DNA of 64,000 nt, from NCBI GenBank assembly GCA_023213395.1, contig CM041465.1, positions 149,985,741 through 150,049,740 on the forward strand. The letters are read 5' to 3'. This DNA is from Cycas panzhihuaensis (taxonomy: Eukaryota; Plantae; Cycadophyta). The position numbers were made by a program, and so were the translations under genes. Shown piece by piece: positions 51,401 through 64,000 of the stretch. How positions within the stretch are numbered: the stretch's first letter is position 1; each line of letters begins with the position of its first letter. A model generated the notes under the pieces. The model saw nothing but the letters and a program-made list of their open reading frames with translations, had not been told where the DNA came from and searched no databases.

Positions 51401-51791
51401 ATCTTGTATTTGAAGTGAGGCATAATCAGACACCAATACCCAAGTCATAGATAAAACTAATTTAACATACCAGAGAGATAAGAAAAATAACAGATGTCTT
51501 ATAGGTTTTCTTCTTCCAATTCCTCCCTAATTATTTATTCCTTTTATCTATTTCTTTTCTCCTTCATAACTTCACTTGAGTCATAATTATTATTTATTCA
51601 ACCCTTATTATCACCTACTGTTCTTATCTCATATCATTCATTGAGCCTTATCTTGAGTTAACTATACATTGAGTCATATCTTAAGTTAGTTATTTGGACT
51701 TATCATCAAACCTTATTTGGTAGCTTCACCTCCTACACCTCCTCTTCTTATGAAAGAGCTAGTTTATTTAGGACCTCCTAAATCATGAACA
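48489..51791 (+). repeat. 3' LTR of element B (true start may lie further left; interrupted at 48733-49996)
   Basis: Colinear diverged match to 3456-7802, ending ...TGAACA. Confidence 0.85.
48733..49996 (-). mobile_element. Element I: very decayed copia-like remnant (LTR 49603-49996, PBS, collapsed internal fragment)
   Basis: Absent from the 5' LTR of B. TGTTA...TAACA unit with a GGGAAAAACCACC motif; decayed PBS CTCTAATATCA at 49592-49602 and again at 48733-48743. Confidence 0.6.
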
Positions 51792-52343
51792 AATAGTATG
51801 TCATACATTACCTCTCTAGGCTAGTATGCACTATGCACTATTAAAGAATAATCAATATTTATAAACCTCATCTATTACATATCATTTTTTATATCATCAT
51901 GATGGAGTGGATTCTAGTTTTATCAAATCTTTTTATTATTTCAATCGATTAATTATTTTAGTGCTAGATCATAAGTTTATACTTATCTAATCTTACCTCA
52001 ATATAAAAATTAAAATTTTATTAGCTAGATTTATCATATATTTCACTATTGTCTATCATTTATCCTTTATTTACTCTAGTATTATATTCAAATAATTTTG
52101 AGACTTTATATAACCTTCACATTAGTGTTGGAAACTATCATCATCCTAATCTTCTATTTACTAGCCATGAATATTAGGATGCTTTAATTCCATTTTTAGG
52201 TAAACTTACATAGTTTAGTTTAATCTTATTTAATGCTTGTTTATGTAACAATCATCAATTATTTGTCATCTTACCATAATCTAAACCTCCCAAATGTGTC
52301 ATCTATAAATACCTTTAACACACACATCGCCAAGGCTACAAGA

Positions 52344-52350
<7 letters not shown>

Positions 52351-52375
<25 letters not shown>
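52351..52375. repeat. (AC)n microsatellite
   Basis: Seen directly. Confidence 0.95.
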
Positions 52376-54684
52376 TTCTATGTTTATTGTTTATGATGAT
52401 GAGTTTTATTTCATATAATCATTCTATATATAAATTTATCTAAATAAGTATATAAACAAAACAATTAATCTTAATTATATTTGGTAATCATTACATATAT
52501 AAAGTTGATAAAATTCATATATAGAAGAATTAATTTAGTTTCTATCTTCAATGAGGATTTAATATATAATTCATAGTTAGAAAGATAAAAAATAAAAATT
52601 TAGTTTTTAATATTTGGGGTTGAATCCCATGTGATTCAAGAGATATTTTAATATGTAATTTTCCTTTTGTTAAAGTAGAAAAACAAGTTTACATAAGTCA
52701 AAAAAAAGAAAAAACTTTTGCATTTATCATCATTGCATATACACCTTAGTTAAATGCATTATACTTAAGCTTTTATATAAGGAGGTCATAAGTTTTAACT
52801 TCATTTTTGTCATTCTCTTTCTCTTTTATATTTATACTCAATAGAGTCATGTGAGTAATGTTGAAGCATTTAATATTTATAATTGACTAGTCTTATAACT
52901 TTAAGTTATAAGCCTCCCCTTTTATGTATTGTACAATTAGTTATTATTTATTATTGTGTTTAGGTGATGAGTAATGGGGGTTATTGAATCATTCAATATA
53001 TGTCAATCTTAGTTTGTATGTAGCTTATTCATTGTAGTACTAATATACACATTAGTGTGTTGTAAGTTTCTGAAGAGATAAAGATAAATATAATTATACT
53101 TTTGAAACCAATTTTCTGACTGCTATTATAACTATCTCTCTCAATTTAGATCCTAGTTGCACACTAATGTCGTATCAAAGTAAGGTTGAGTAATTGTGAT
53201 AGTGTAGGGTTTCAATTTGAGAGATTAAAATTAGTTTTAAGTCTTTTCTTTTTAACTCTTATTAGAAGTTATGAGTTTTAGTGTGTTATATTAGCTAGGT
53301 TTAAAATTAGTAAAATAGAGATTGATAAAACCCTACACCAAGGTATATTACTTTGTGCATACAAATTTTAAAATGGATGGCTAAGTGAATTATTAGGAGA
53401 TCACCCATAGTATCAATCAATAGTTAATATTATACAATAAGTAGGCTAGATGGTCTTCGGAAAAAAGTGTCATTCGTGAAGGTTAACTAATGGTGAATGT
53501 TGCACTTAAGTGCTTATACGAATGTATAGGTGTTCAAACATAAATGAATCCCAAGCATTTGGCCATGAGAGATAGAACATAACATTCATTTGGATCAAAA
53601 GAAAACTTAAAAGATGTCGAATGATGTAGGGGAATTTAAAATGCCAATTATGATAAGAACACAAGGATGTAGCCATTGAAACACTAATCATAGATCTTAA
53701 AGATAATATTACAAAGATGAATAAATGAAAAACACACAAAAATTTCTAAAACCACAAGAAATATCCCTTTATCACCATTTGCATAAAAATAATAATAATA
53801 ATAATCAAAACATTGTAAATGTGGAGGATGTAGGAAGAGTATGTGAGAGAATATTCATTTTTCAAAACATAAGATAAATTTTATTTTTTACTTTCTAATG
53901 ATCACATGACATTAAATTATTTTATATAACTTTTGAAATCTAGACTTTAGCACCTTAATAGTTAGCCCTTGATCACATGGAGCAAAAGGGGCTACATGCC
54001 TTTTAGGTTTATCCATTATCTATTTTCAAAAATAAAATACATTGCCTCATATTTTTTCAAGCTATTTCTTTCTATAGTAGTAGCATGCACCACTTCTATA
54101 TATAAACTGAGGAAGTGAATAGGTAAATTCTAGCTACTTGCATGTGGACTAAAGACATTGGATAACATTTTATTTTATTTTTAGTGTCTTTTTTTTTTTT
54201 GGTTATTTTTTGCAATTATAGGCACTAGAAAATAATCTTTGATAAGTTTCAAACTGTAAGTCAAGCTCTAATCTAATAAGATAAATATTTTTTTACAATG
54301 GTAAGATAGGTTAGTATAATGGTATTTGCTACTAAAATTTTAACTAGTTTAGATAATTATGCTATATAAAAACATCAAATATTTAGCTTTCTTATTTAAA
54401 TAATTTATAGAAGTATGTTGATAACTCTATTATAGGTAAAATAACTATAGAAATTAGTTTTTTCATAATTAAATTAAAGGATGCTATATATTTAGAGTTG
54501 GGCATGAAGTAAAATTGAGAATTACCTTTGGTTTTATAAGTTTGCCTATCCTTTATAGTCTTATTATAAATACTAGAGGTTCCATTACCTCTAAGAAATT
54601 CTAGTATACTACAACCAACCTATTTAAACATGAGGATGATGCAAATTCCCTAAAGTTAAGGAATCAATTATACAACATGAAGCT

Positions 54685-57600
54685 TGTTGGATCAATGATG
54701 GACCATCTATAGCATGTTAAATCTATCAAGACTAACTTGAAGGAAGGATGGATCTAGGAGATAAATCACTCACATGCACACAATGGCAATGGGGAATGAA
54801 AAAGAAGATGAAACAAGATATGAGAGCAAGCTTGGAGGTAAGAATGAATAATTACCCCCTCCTTGAGATTTCACCTTTTATTATTGAGGGTGAGCATTAG
54901 GGTTAGGATTTTCCCGCCTAATGACATGAACTCGAAATTACATCTAAATGCACATAAAGTATATTTCATTAAGAGACTAATGCTAATAATATATCTTAAG
55001 GTCATATAATTAATCTACACAAATAACCTTGATACATTAACCTCTTTCAATCCCCCCTTTAACGGTGGAAGGTCATTTTCAGAAAATCTATTCTATGAGG
55101 TCTTCATTTAAGCCTCATTATTATATTGAAATTCTAAATGACACTTTTGTGGGAAAACCCTCATGGAGAATAAAAACCCACAAACTTTCTAAGATCTATA
55201 GCCCCTTTTATAAATCAAAATGGCTAAGGTGGCTCTTTGATGTAGCCTAATAGCCAAGTAACTTAAATATGCAGCTTAATCTGCTAAGTCTCCATATAAT
55301 GTTTGGTCATCCCCTATGCCCTTTTAGGTTGTCACATGTTCTGATTTTCTAAGTACAACCCTTATCCTTTAATGTCCACATGGGATTTTCACAAAGAGGA
55401 TAGAGCAGAGACTTACTCTTATTCTTCTGCACCCATAAGGGATTTTCACGAAGAGAATAAAGTATGATGATCCTATTGCCATCTTCTTTGATCAATCGAA
55501 GATGGAGGCCCTAAGGCTGAGTTTCCTTTAGAACTATTTAAACTTCACCCTTTATGGCAGAGTGAAGATATCGGCCACTTGATCTGCTGTGGGAAAGTAA
55601 TTTAATTGCATTATGTTGTCATGAATAAGTTCCCTAATCCTGTGGACTTTCGTACTTATGTATTTTATACGATCGTGAAATATAGGATTTTTCGCCATGC
55701 AGATTACTGATTGATTATCCACATGAAGACTCGTAGGACTTATTTGGGTGATATTCAATGTTTCCAATAATTTTCTCAGCCATATCACCTCTTATCGGTC
55801 TCGTAAGTAATGTATTCAGCTTCAACAGTTGAATCTACAACTATCTTCTGTCGTCTGGTTCTCCATGATATTGGTGCTATTCTAAGAAATATTATATACC
55901 CAGATGTAGATCTTCCTATATCTTTATCTCTTACAAAGTCTGAGTCTATGTATGTAGAAAGCTTGAAGTCTGAATTAGGTTCATATAACAGACCATATTT
56001 GTTGGTCATCTTATGGTATCTCAACACTCGTACTACTACTTGCCAATGATTCTGCTTAGGATTTATCATATAACGAGCAAGAATGCCAATAGAGTGTATA
56101 ATATCTGGCCTTGTATTAGTAGTGTAGATGAGACTACCTGTAAGTTTCCTGTAGAGTGTTGCATCTGCCTCCCTACTGTCACCTTCAGATGAGAGTTTGG
56201 TGTTAGGATCCATAGGTAACATCACTGGTCGAGCATCTTCTAACTAGAACTTGGTTAGAAGATCGTTGATGTATTTTTCTTGGGAGAGGAAATTTTTTTT
56301 ATTCTTTTGTGTTACTTCAATTCCCAAGTAATATTTCATCAAACTGAGGTCAGACAATTTGAATGTTTTGCCAAGGTCCTTTTTTAGCTGGCTTATTGCC
56401 TATTCACTATTACCCATTACTAGCATATCGTCCACAAAGATTATGAGATAAGTGACTTTATCCTTATGGTGCTTGATGAATAATATTGCATCAATATCTT
56501 GATAGTCATAAACCTCATATCCAAGTTGCCTCATCCTTTCAGACAACTTGGCAAACCAAGCGCGAGGGGCTTGTTTAAGGCCATACAAGGACTTTCTGAG
56601 CCTGCAAACCTTATGCTCTTGACCTTTGATCTCATATCCTTCTAGCTGAGCCATGTAAATTTCTTCTTCAAGATTTCCATTGAGAAATGTAGTCTTAATA
56701 TCAAGTTGGTGGATTTTCCAATCCTGTTGAGCAGCCAAGGCCACGAGAGTTCTAATTGTAGGCCACTTGGTTATAAGTGTAAAGACTTCAGTGTAGTCGA
56801 TGCCTTCCCTTTATGTAAATCCTTTAGCTATCAACCTCGCCTTGTGTTTTTTAAAGATGTCATCTGATCTATATTTGTTTTTGAACACCCATTTATTTTG
56901 AACTACCTTTCTTCTAAGTGGTAGATCAACGAGCTTTTATGTATCGTTCTTGATAAGAGATTGATACTCTTCATTCATGGCATTTCTCCAAGCTGTATAC
57001 TTTACAACTTCTTGGTGCATTAAGGGCTCTTCATTAAGAGTAAGGTGTAATTCTACTGGTTTAAGCTCAGTATATAATGATTCATGCATCCTTGCTCTAT
57101 GGATACTTCAAGTGCCAGTTTTGCCCATCTCATCTGGTCGTATGTCCTTATTGAGCTGGCGAGCTTCTCGAGATCCTCAAGTTAGGAATGATGTCCTCAT
57201 TTCCCCAACTTCTTGGTTCTTATCATATTCATTAAAATGATAATTTTATGAGGAGGATGTTGATGTGCCTGAGGAAGATGGTCCTTCTACCATTATTTTG
57301 CCTTTGTCAAATGAAGGTGGAGAGGATGGTTCTTCTATAATGGCTTTTCCTTTGTCAACTCTACTATCTTCGAAAGATGGTGCTAGATGTGCACTCATTT
57401 GTTCAGAGTCACAACTTGTATTCTCCAAGGCTCTATTGTCAGCTTCCAACATTTGGAGTAATTTATGTTTGTCCCCCCCACCCCACCAAAGTTTAGAATC
57501 TGAACATCATACTTGATAACATTATTGTAGTGGTGTGAGGGTACTATGGAGTCTAATTTAAGTAACTGATCCTATGTCTCTGCAAAAATGACATCTCTGG

Positions 57601-60600
57601 TAATGATGATTTTTTATTGTAAAGGTATGAAGACCTTATACCCTTTCTTATCCATAGAGTATCCATCAAAGATGCCTTTAAGTGCCCTTGGCTGGAGTTT
57701 ATTTCGATCTACATCTAGAATATGGGCATAGCATCTAGAGCCAAAATTCTAAGGTAGTGAACAATGGGGGCTTGTCCTAACCACTTTTTATTAGGTGATT
57801 GTACTTCCTTTGATGAGCTAATAGCATTGATACAATAAACAACTGTCCAGATTACTTCAGCCCATAGATAGGCAGGTACATTTTTATATATTAACATAGC
57901 ACGAGTCATGTTCATGATTATCCTGTTCATGTGCTCAGTAACTCTATTTTGCTATGGGGTACCTACGACTATTATTTGATACTTGATGCCATTATCTCAG
58001 AGGTAGCTTTCAATCTCATGTGAGGTATATTCGCCACCATTATTAGTTCGAAGACATTTGAGTTGATAACCTGACTCTTTTTCAACGAGGGCTTTGAATT
58101 CCTTAAATATAAGGAATGCTTCATCTTTCTTGTATAGAAAAGCTACCCATACTTTTCTAGTAAAATCATTAATGAAAGAAATGTAATATAGCTTGCCCTT
58201 CAGTGAAGGAATAAGCATTGGCCCGCACAAATCAGAATGTACCAATTGTAATGGATGGCTCGATTTCCATTGAATTTTGAGAAAGGATTATCGATGAGAT
58301 TTGGTAATGATACAAGCTTCACATTTAAAGGGCTTAGAGGAAAACTTTGGAAGGTTTGGAAGAGTATTAGAAAGATGTCTAAGTCTATCAATGTGAACAT
58401 GGCCCATACGAGCATACCAAAGAGCTTCTGGTGACAACGTTGGATGGGTCAAGATGGAATTAAATGTAAATTTTTCATTAGCACAAGGGCTTTAGGCACA
58501 ATGGGCTTCAAAAGATGGAGAGCCATTCAATCAAAAGAGTTTGCGAGAGAGATGTCTAATCAAAACCACCTGATTAGTTAAAGGGTGAATGACCTTAAGA
58601 GTCTAGTTATTTATGATTACACTTAAATCAAATCCACAAGAAACAAGTGTGGATAAAGAGAGTAGGTCTTGTTTGATATTGGGTATGTATAAGACATCAA
58701 GCAATGTAAAATCTTCTAAGCCTGGGAGTTTCAGGCAAATGTTGCCAATTCCTTCAACAGATTGTTGTGATTTATCAGCCATGTGAACAACTCCATGAAC
58801 ATTTGAGTCAAATGTTTGATATAGACTGTGATTGCATGTCATATATTGAGTTGCTCCTATGTCCATGATCCACTGTCCATCGATTAAAGCCACATTATTG
58901 GTAATTCTAATAGGTCTTAACATTGGTGAAGGGAATTCATAAGTGATATATCCACACTGAGCTTCAAAGTATCTCTTTGGTTGGTCAATGGCATTTGATG
59001 CTAAAGATCCCTCAATTCTTTGAATGTGTGCTTGTATAAAACCTACACCACTAAAGGATTCTTCACAAATTTCTTCAACATTGTGAGCTCCATGTTTTAG
59101 TTAGAACTTGGCCAACTTATAAGTGGCAGTTCTATAATCTTTTGCTAAGTGTCCTTTACGGTTGTACCGATCACACATAATGGTTTGATTACCAGTCCCT
59201 GAAGAAGTACTGGTTTAGCCTGACTGTCTTACTCTTTGTTGAGGTGGCCCTTGGCCTTGAAACTGTCAAGGTTGTGATTGAGGGTTTGATTGACCTTGTG
59301 GATGATTTCCTATATTTCTTCCTCTTTCTCTTGCTCAGTTATTTCCTCTACCACGAGAGGGACCTTGATTTTTTATATAGCAAACTTCTTATTCTACCTC
59401 AAAAGCTATATCTGGAAGAGAGTCAGAGGTTACAAAGTTTGTATCAAAGGTCTTATCAAATTCTATAAACTTCTCAGCAAATGCTTCGAAGTTGAGTGTC
59501 TTCAATGTTCTACTAGATTGAAGACTTCCAAGCAAGTTTTTATAATCGGAGACATGTAAACATGACTGGATAAAAAATGCCCAAGTGATGCATTGGGTCT
59601 TAAAGTCTTTGTCAATTGCCTGTTTGATTGGTCGAAGGAGATTTATTGTCTCATGAGCTCATTCCTTCTACATTTTTAATTTGTTCATTTTCAAAATAAG
59701 ATGAACAAATTCTAAATCTGACTTTGTATCAAAGTTCTTTCTAAAAACTTCTAGGACTTTCCAGGCTGCATCATGTTCCTCTTCGTTTATCAAGTTGTGC
59801 AAGGAGTGATCAATGACCAATAAAATTCCTACACAAATCTTTTCATCATCTATCTCCCATTGTAGTTTAGTTGCAGCATCTGTAGGAGCTGTTGGGGTGG
59901 ATCTATTGGAAGCAGTTGTTGTAGCCGTTGCTAGTATGTTAGGTGTAGGCTATAAGTGGGCTCTCCAAAGGCCTTCATACTTTACAGCATTTTTAATTCT
60001 AGTGTACCATATATCCCAATTTTCTTTGCCTTTCAATATGCAGTTAACATTTTGCTTAAATTGAGATGACATGGTGATGATGAAGAAGTAGAAGAGATGA
60101 TAAAAGTATGTGCCATTGACACGTGTGGCTAGTACACCTAGTGCAATAGGGATGTAGAAATAATTGTTATGATGAGAAGCAAGCAATGATTAACTATTTT
60201 TCAACAATTATATAAAAAATGAATATAAATAATGATGTAAGAATGAGGGCTAATATAGAGCTAGCAAAGAGTGATGATGTGTCATGCCACTAACCTCTCA
60301 GTTATGTTCAAATGCAGGTGAGGTTTTGATGCTTAAGGCTTTTAGTATACAATTAGGGCCTTCACCCATGATACCCGCACCTACACTTAGTGATAAAATC
60401 CAAGTCATAGTGGAGCCCAGTTATTCCCAATCCTCACCTAGTTCACCAATGAGTAGCTATATACCTCCTCCAAAGAGGCAAACGGTACTGTATATCCCAT
60501 GACTATGATGGATATTGGACCAAGTTCATTTTAATCTTGCATTAAGGTTTTCAGTTTTCTGGGGTGGTTATCAGGATTATCCCTGATTGGAGGTCGTAGA

Positions 60601-60788
60601 TATGGCTAACCTGTCCCTCCACCACTATTCTGGTTAAGACCAGACCCAGTATGAAACTCACACCTCCCTTAGGACCTAGACTTCAACCAACCTTGGTCTA
60701 TTTCAACCAAGACGAGTGTGCACACAAGTCAAGAGCTGGCGGTATAGATCATACAGATGGTGTAAGATATTTCCCTATAATTAAAAAC
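54685..60788 (-). mobile_element. Element J: degenerate Ty1/copia; 5' leader interrupted by element K, 5' LTR outside the window
   Basis: Putative 3' LTR 54685-55049 (TGTTG...TTCA, start uncertain), PPT (TCCCCCCTT on +) at 55051, complete domain set. Confidence 0.88.
55490..60072 (-). pseudogene. Element J gag-pol
   Basis: MSSQFKQNVNCILKGKENWDIW, WIMDIGATQYM, VHSDLCGPM, QLDIKTTFLNG, LYGLKQAPRAW, FVDDML, ADQVADIFT. Confidence 0.93.
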
Positions 60789-61623
60789 TGAAATAGAAAG
60801 TTGCCAAATGTGCTTGCTTGCTGAAACGCTCACTACGGGGCAGCGATCCTACGTCTAGCAAAAGGATATGAGAATGCTCTATGCTAACTAAGCTAGGCAA
60901 CGAGGACCTCACCTTGCAGGGCGTCTGTACGCCGGAGCACAGATTCGGGACTGCAAGGTGCCTGGTTGCTTCCAAGTAGCCGTGCGAAAATAAGGCCTTC
61001 CTACCCTTTGGATGGCCGGGAAGGAGAGGGAATGCCTTGCGCGTTGCATCTTCTCAAGGCAATGAGAATGCAACAAAGGGAAGGGTAACCACTAATATAC
61101 AAGCAAATGCGGTAAAAGGTGCGACGGAAGGAAGGCTCAGATACGATGTAAACGGGCTATCTATGCTATGCTATATAAAGTAAGAAATAATACAGAAAGA
61201 TGAATGCTTTCCCTTTATCCTTTATGTTCTTTTACCATTTCCTATCTATTCAAACAAACACATGAAAAGGAAACAACGTAAAAGGGGACACACAAGAAGC
61301 AAGGGGAATACCTGGATCCGGCGCTCGAATGGGGGTGCAGCTTGTCTCTTTAAATCCCACTCCTTCTTTCTCCGTTCTTCGCGTATGCAATGCCGATCGG
61401 CAGTAGTTGTTGGATGCGATGGAAGAGGGGTTCACTTACCTCCCCTTGAGTATGCAAAACCAAATAAAACAAAAAAAAGCTTGAAACTAAAGAAAGAGAG
61501 GCACCACGTAGAGAACTAACCTGCAATGGGCCTATCCCACGTATCACTCTGCCAATGCATGATCCTACAAATAGGTAAGAAGGACACCTCCCTCTCGGAA
61601 GAGAGGCCACAAGATATACCAAG

Positions 61624-61691
<68 letters not shown>

Positions 61692-63143
61692 GGAAATCAA
61701 CTAAAACTAAGATCTAAGCTAAACATCGAAATGCAACAAAACGAAATAGCAATATATACGAAACGATCTCACTACCATGTACCATGAAAACACTCAAAAT
61801 GGAACGAAGTATAGCCTCAGGATGGCTAACTCACCCACGCGAGACCTCCACAGAACTCAGGAAGGAAAACTAGTTGGCAATGAGGTAGTGACAGGTTATC
61901 TATGCCAATTAGAATGCTCTAACTAAATCTCCTAAACTCCCTTAGCCCGTTCCCTAAGAAAGCGTGGGTGGTGAAGGGAAAGAGGACAAGGAACGAAACC
62001 CTTGGGGAGAAGGGCAGCAATGGGGGACGGAACCCCGCCTACCTCCCTCAAATCCTCGTATGTACACCTTTACACCAGCTAACTAAGGAAAGGGTGAAAG
62101 AGATAGCTTAGGGAAAATGGATGGGCTCCAAAGAAACAACAGGGAGGTAAACTAGTCTAGAACAATACTATGGGAGAACTGTAGCTAACTAGGACCACAT
62201 TCATTTAGAAGCAAAAGAAATAAAACAGAAAAAAGAAATGGACTGCTTTGTAAGTAAAGACAAGAAGTACCTTGTATGGGGGAGATCAAGCATGCACTTT
62301 GCCACTTGGAATAGCAGCAATAGACAATATATAGGGACTGGTTGTGAGTAGTTCTTGCAAGAGTATGGGTGAAGGAGACTCCTTGTAAGTTAGGAGCTGA
62401 AAATTAGCTCTTGAAGCAGCTTTTTGAGTGAACAAGTCTCTTGAATCCTTGAGCACCTGCAAAGAGGAATGGAGCTTCTTTGTCAGGAGAGCGAGGGGCA
62501 GCAATGGCCCTACAAATCCAGTTGATGGCAGCCAACTTCACCTCTGTCCAGTTGTTGTGAATCAAGTTTTCTGTTTCTGTGTGTTTTCCTTGTGTGAAAG
62601 TTAGAAATTCTTCTTAGAAGTTTGAAAAATGGCCAAAAGATCTGAAAAAATAGGGAGCAAAATCCCCTTTATCCCCCTGTTCACAGCAGGTGAATGTTGG
62701 GAATGTCAGGGCGACTCAAATCAATCAATGCCACGCGGCAGTTTCATAAAAAAATGAAAACTGTCACGTGGTTCTCTCTTTTTTAAATTTCAAACAGTTG
62801 TACAGCGGCAAACTCTGTGGTACCACTGCAAACTCTGCGGTATCACTAAGTTTACAGCGGTATCAGCCTGCAATAAAAAAAAAGAGAAAAAACAAGCAAA
62901 AACATCAAGTTTTGGAGCAAAAACAAAGGCTAAACATGAGTTAGAGCAACTAAGGGAATGCCCAGGCAGTGGGCAAGTACCCAAAACAATGCAAAGAGTC
63001 CTAACTAAGGATTAAATCAGGCTTAGGAAGGACTGCAACATAAGCAACATGTCATAACAAGAGCAAATAGGACTGACAGAAACATCCCGGGAGACCGTGG
63101 AGTCAACATGGGTGGTTGTGCGCCATACGGGGTGTAGCATTCA
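60789..63143 (-). repeat. Putative 3' LTR of element K (~2.35 kb, TGAA...TTCA)
   Basis: Termini, length and internal motifs correspond to 1048-3455. Confidence 0.6.
61626..61690. repeat. (TA)n microsatellite inside the LTR of K
   Basis: Seen directly. Confidence 0.97.
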
Positions 63144-63718
63144 CTGAGGAATGCCCCCCGCTATGAGTTGTCATAGGCTAGTGGTGTGCCGTAGGCACAT
63201 GTATTATGAGCAAGTAGAAAAGCAATGCGTGCAGGCAGGCATATGTCAAGCAACCTACTCTAAATAACCTCAATCAAACATGGGCAAGAAAAGTAAGAAA
63301 ATATACCTGAACAGACCTGCGTCAATGCGTCTCGAGTCCATTCCTAGTAGCTGGGAAACACTGGCCCCTTGGCAGGAGAGCCTCACTGCTCGGAAGCATA
63401 ACGTGATGGCGAATGCTGACAATCAAAGATATGAGTAGCACATGCATATATATATATATAAAAGCAATAAAGAGCAGCACGTGGACCAAGGGCATAAAGC
63501 AGTGTCCCGCGAACACGTGGACAAGGGAGACGGGGATGAGGACAACGTAGGGGCTGCCTACGTGTCGTCTAACATCGACTTGTAACTGAAATAAGCAAGT
63601 GAAAGAGGATGCCCCTATTGCCGAAGTACAATGTGAAGTAGGAGGGCATCCAGCAAATAGACCAAGAAATCTAACTAATAACAACCAGAGACTTGGGCAC
63701 GGGCTAGCCATGCAAGCC

Positions 63719-64000
63719 TCAAGGGTGGTCATCTAGAAGAGGGAGGCGACACTCAAGGATGAGGCAGACGAGGCTGTCGGCCTCACCATTGAGGTGCCTA
63801 GGGATATGCTGAATATCCATTGATGAGAAACAAGCCAGAAGAGACCTGGCGGCAGACGCGAGGGTTCTCAGGTGAGGGCATCGCACCTTGTAAACTTGGG
63901 TGAGATGGGACACCACGACCTGAGAATCACAAAACAACATGATGGACCCATGATGGAAGCAGAGAGCATCGATAAGGGTTTCAATAAGGTTGTGTACTCA
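63719..64000 (-). pseudogene. RNase HI (aRH) domain C-terminal half of element K
   Basis: CDSQVVVSHLTQVYKVRCPHLRTLASAARSLL...HIPRHLNGEADSL. Apparent frameshift near 63985; truncated by the window edge. Confidence 0.9.

Larger units (their letters stand above)
3456..51791 (+). mobile_element. Element B: old, degenerate Ty3/gypsy (Tat/Athila group) retrotransposon hosting multiple nested insertions
   Basis: Paired >2-kb diverged direct repeats ending ...GAACA (7802 and 51791), a PBS after the first, and gag-PR-RT-RH-INT remnants that rejoin across each insertion. Confidence 0.88.
60789..64000 (-). mobile_element. Element K: 3' end of a Tat-like element related to A, in opposite orientation
   Basis: aRH C-terminus closely similar to A, colinear 3' UTR blocks (e.g. 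TAGCCTATGAC), putative LTR 63143..60789. Confidence 0.72.

Noticed and set aside
51792-54684. Host gene or intron in the AT-rich interval
   Set aside because: No recognisable exon or domain; the short ORFs (52233, 53506) are low-complexity. Left unannotated.
61350-61717. ORFs with IYIYIY runs
   Set aside because: Translation of a (TA)n microsatellite.
1-64000. A and K as inverted termini of one giant composite transposon
   Set aside because: They are substantially diverged, and each interrupts a different older element, so they are independent insertions.

Overview
Gene-free, heavily decayed plant repeat region, probably from a gymnosperm or fern (inference). It is almost entirely nested LTR retrotransposons, with no intact host gene, RNA gene or CRISPR array. 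The scaffold is one old Ty3/gypsy element of the non-chromovirus Tat/Athila group (B, ~3456-51791, +). Its gag-pol is split by three Ty1/copia elements with paired LTRs and target-site duplications (C 10597-17785 -, D 19931-27108 +, F 29725-40704 +, the last containing G 35447-39653 +) and by a 1.9-kb non-autonomous gypsy derivative (E 27348-29265 -). Both LTRs of B also carry insertions. A fifth copia (J, 54685-60788, -) lies to the right. Both window edges hold the 3' ends of two related, GC-richer elements facing each other, each with a cellular-type RNase HI (aRH) domain as the last coding module before a ~2.4-kb LTR (TatI/II-like order). The most notable oddities are a captured hnRNP-U-like host gene fragment abutting the PBS of copia C, a decayed spliced antisense gene in the 3' region of B, an inverted-LTR rearrangement (43188-44763), a 19-aa repeat expansion inside a copia Gag, and pervasive C->T decay that includes CpA/CHH contexts. 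All alignments were made by eye, so coordinates marked ~ are approximate.
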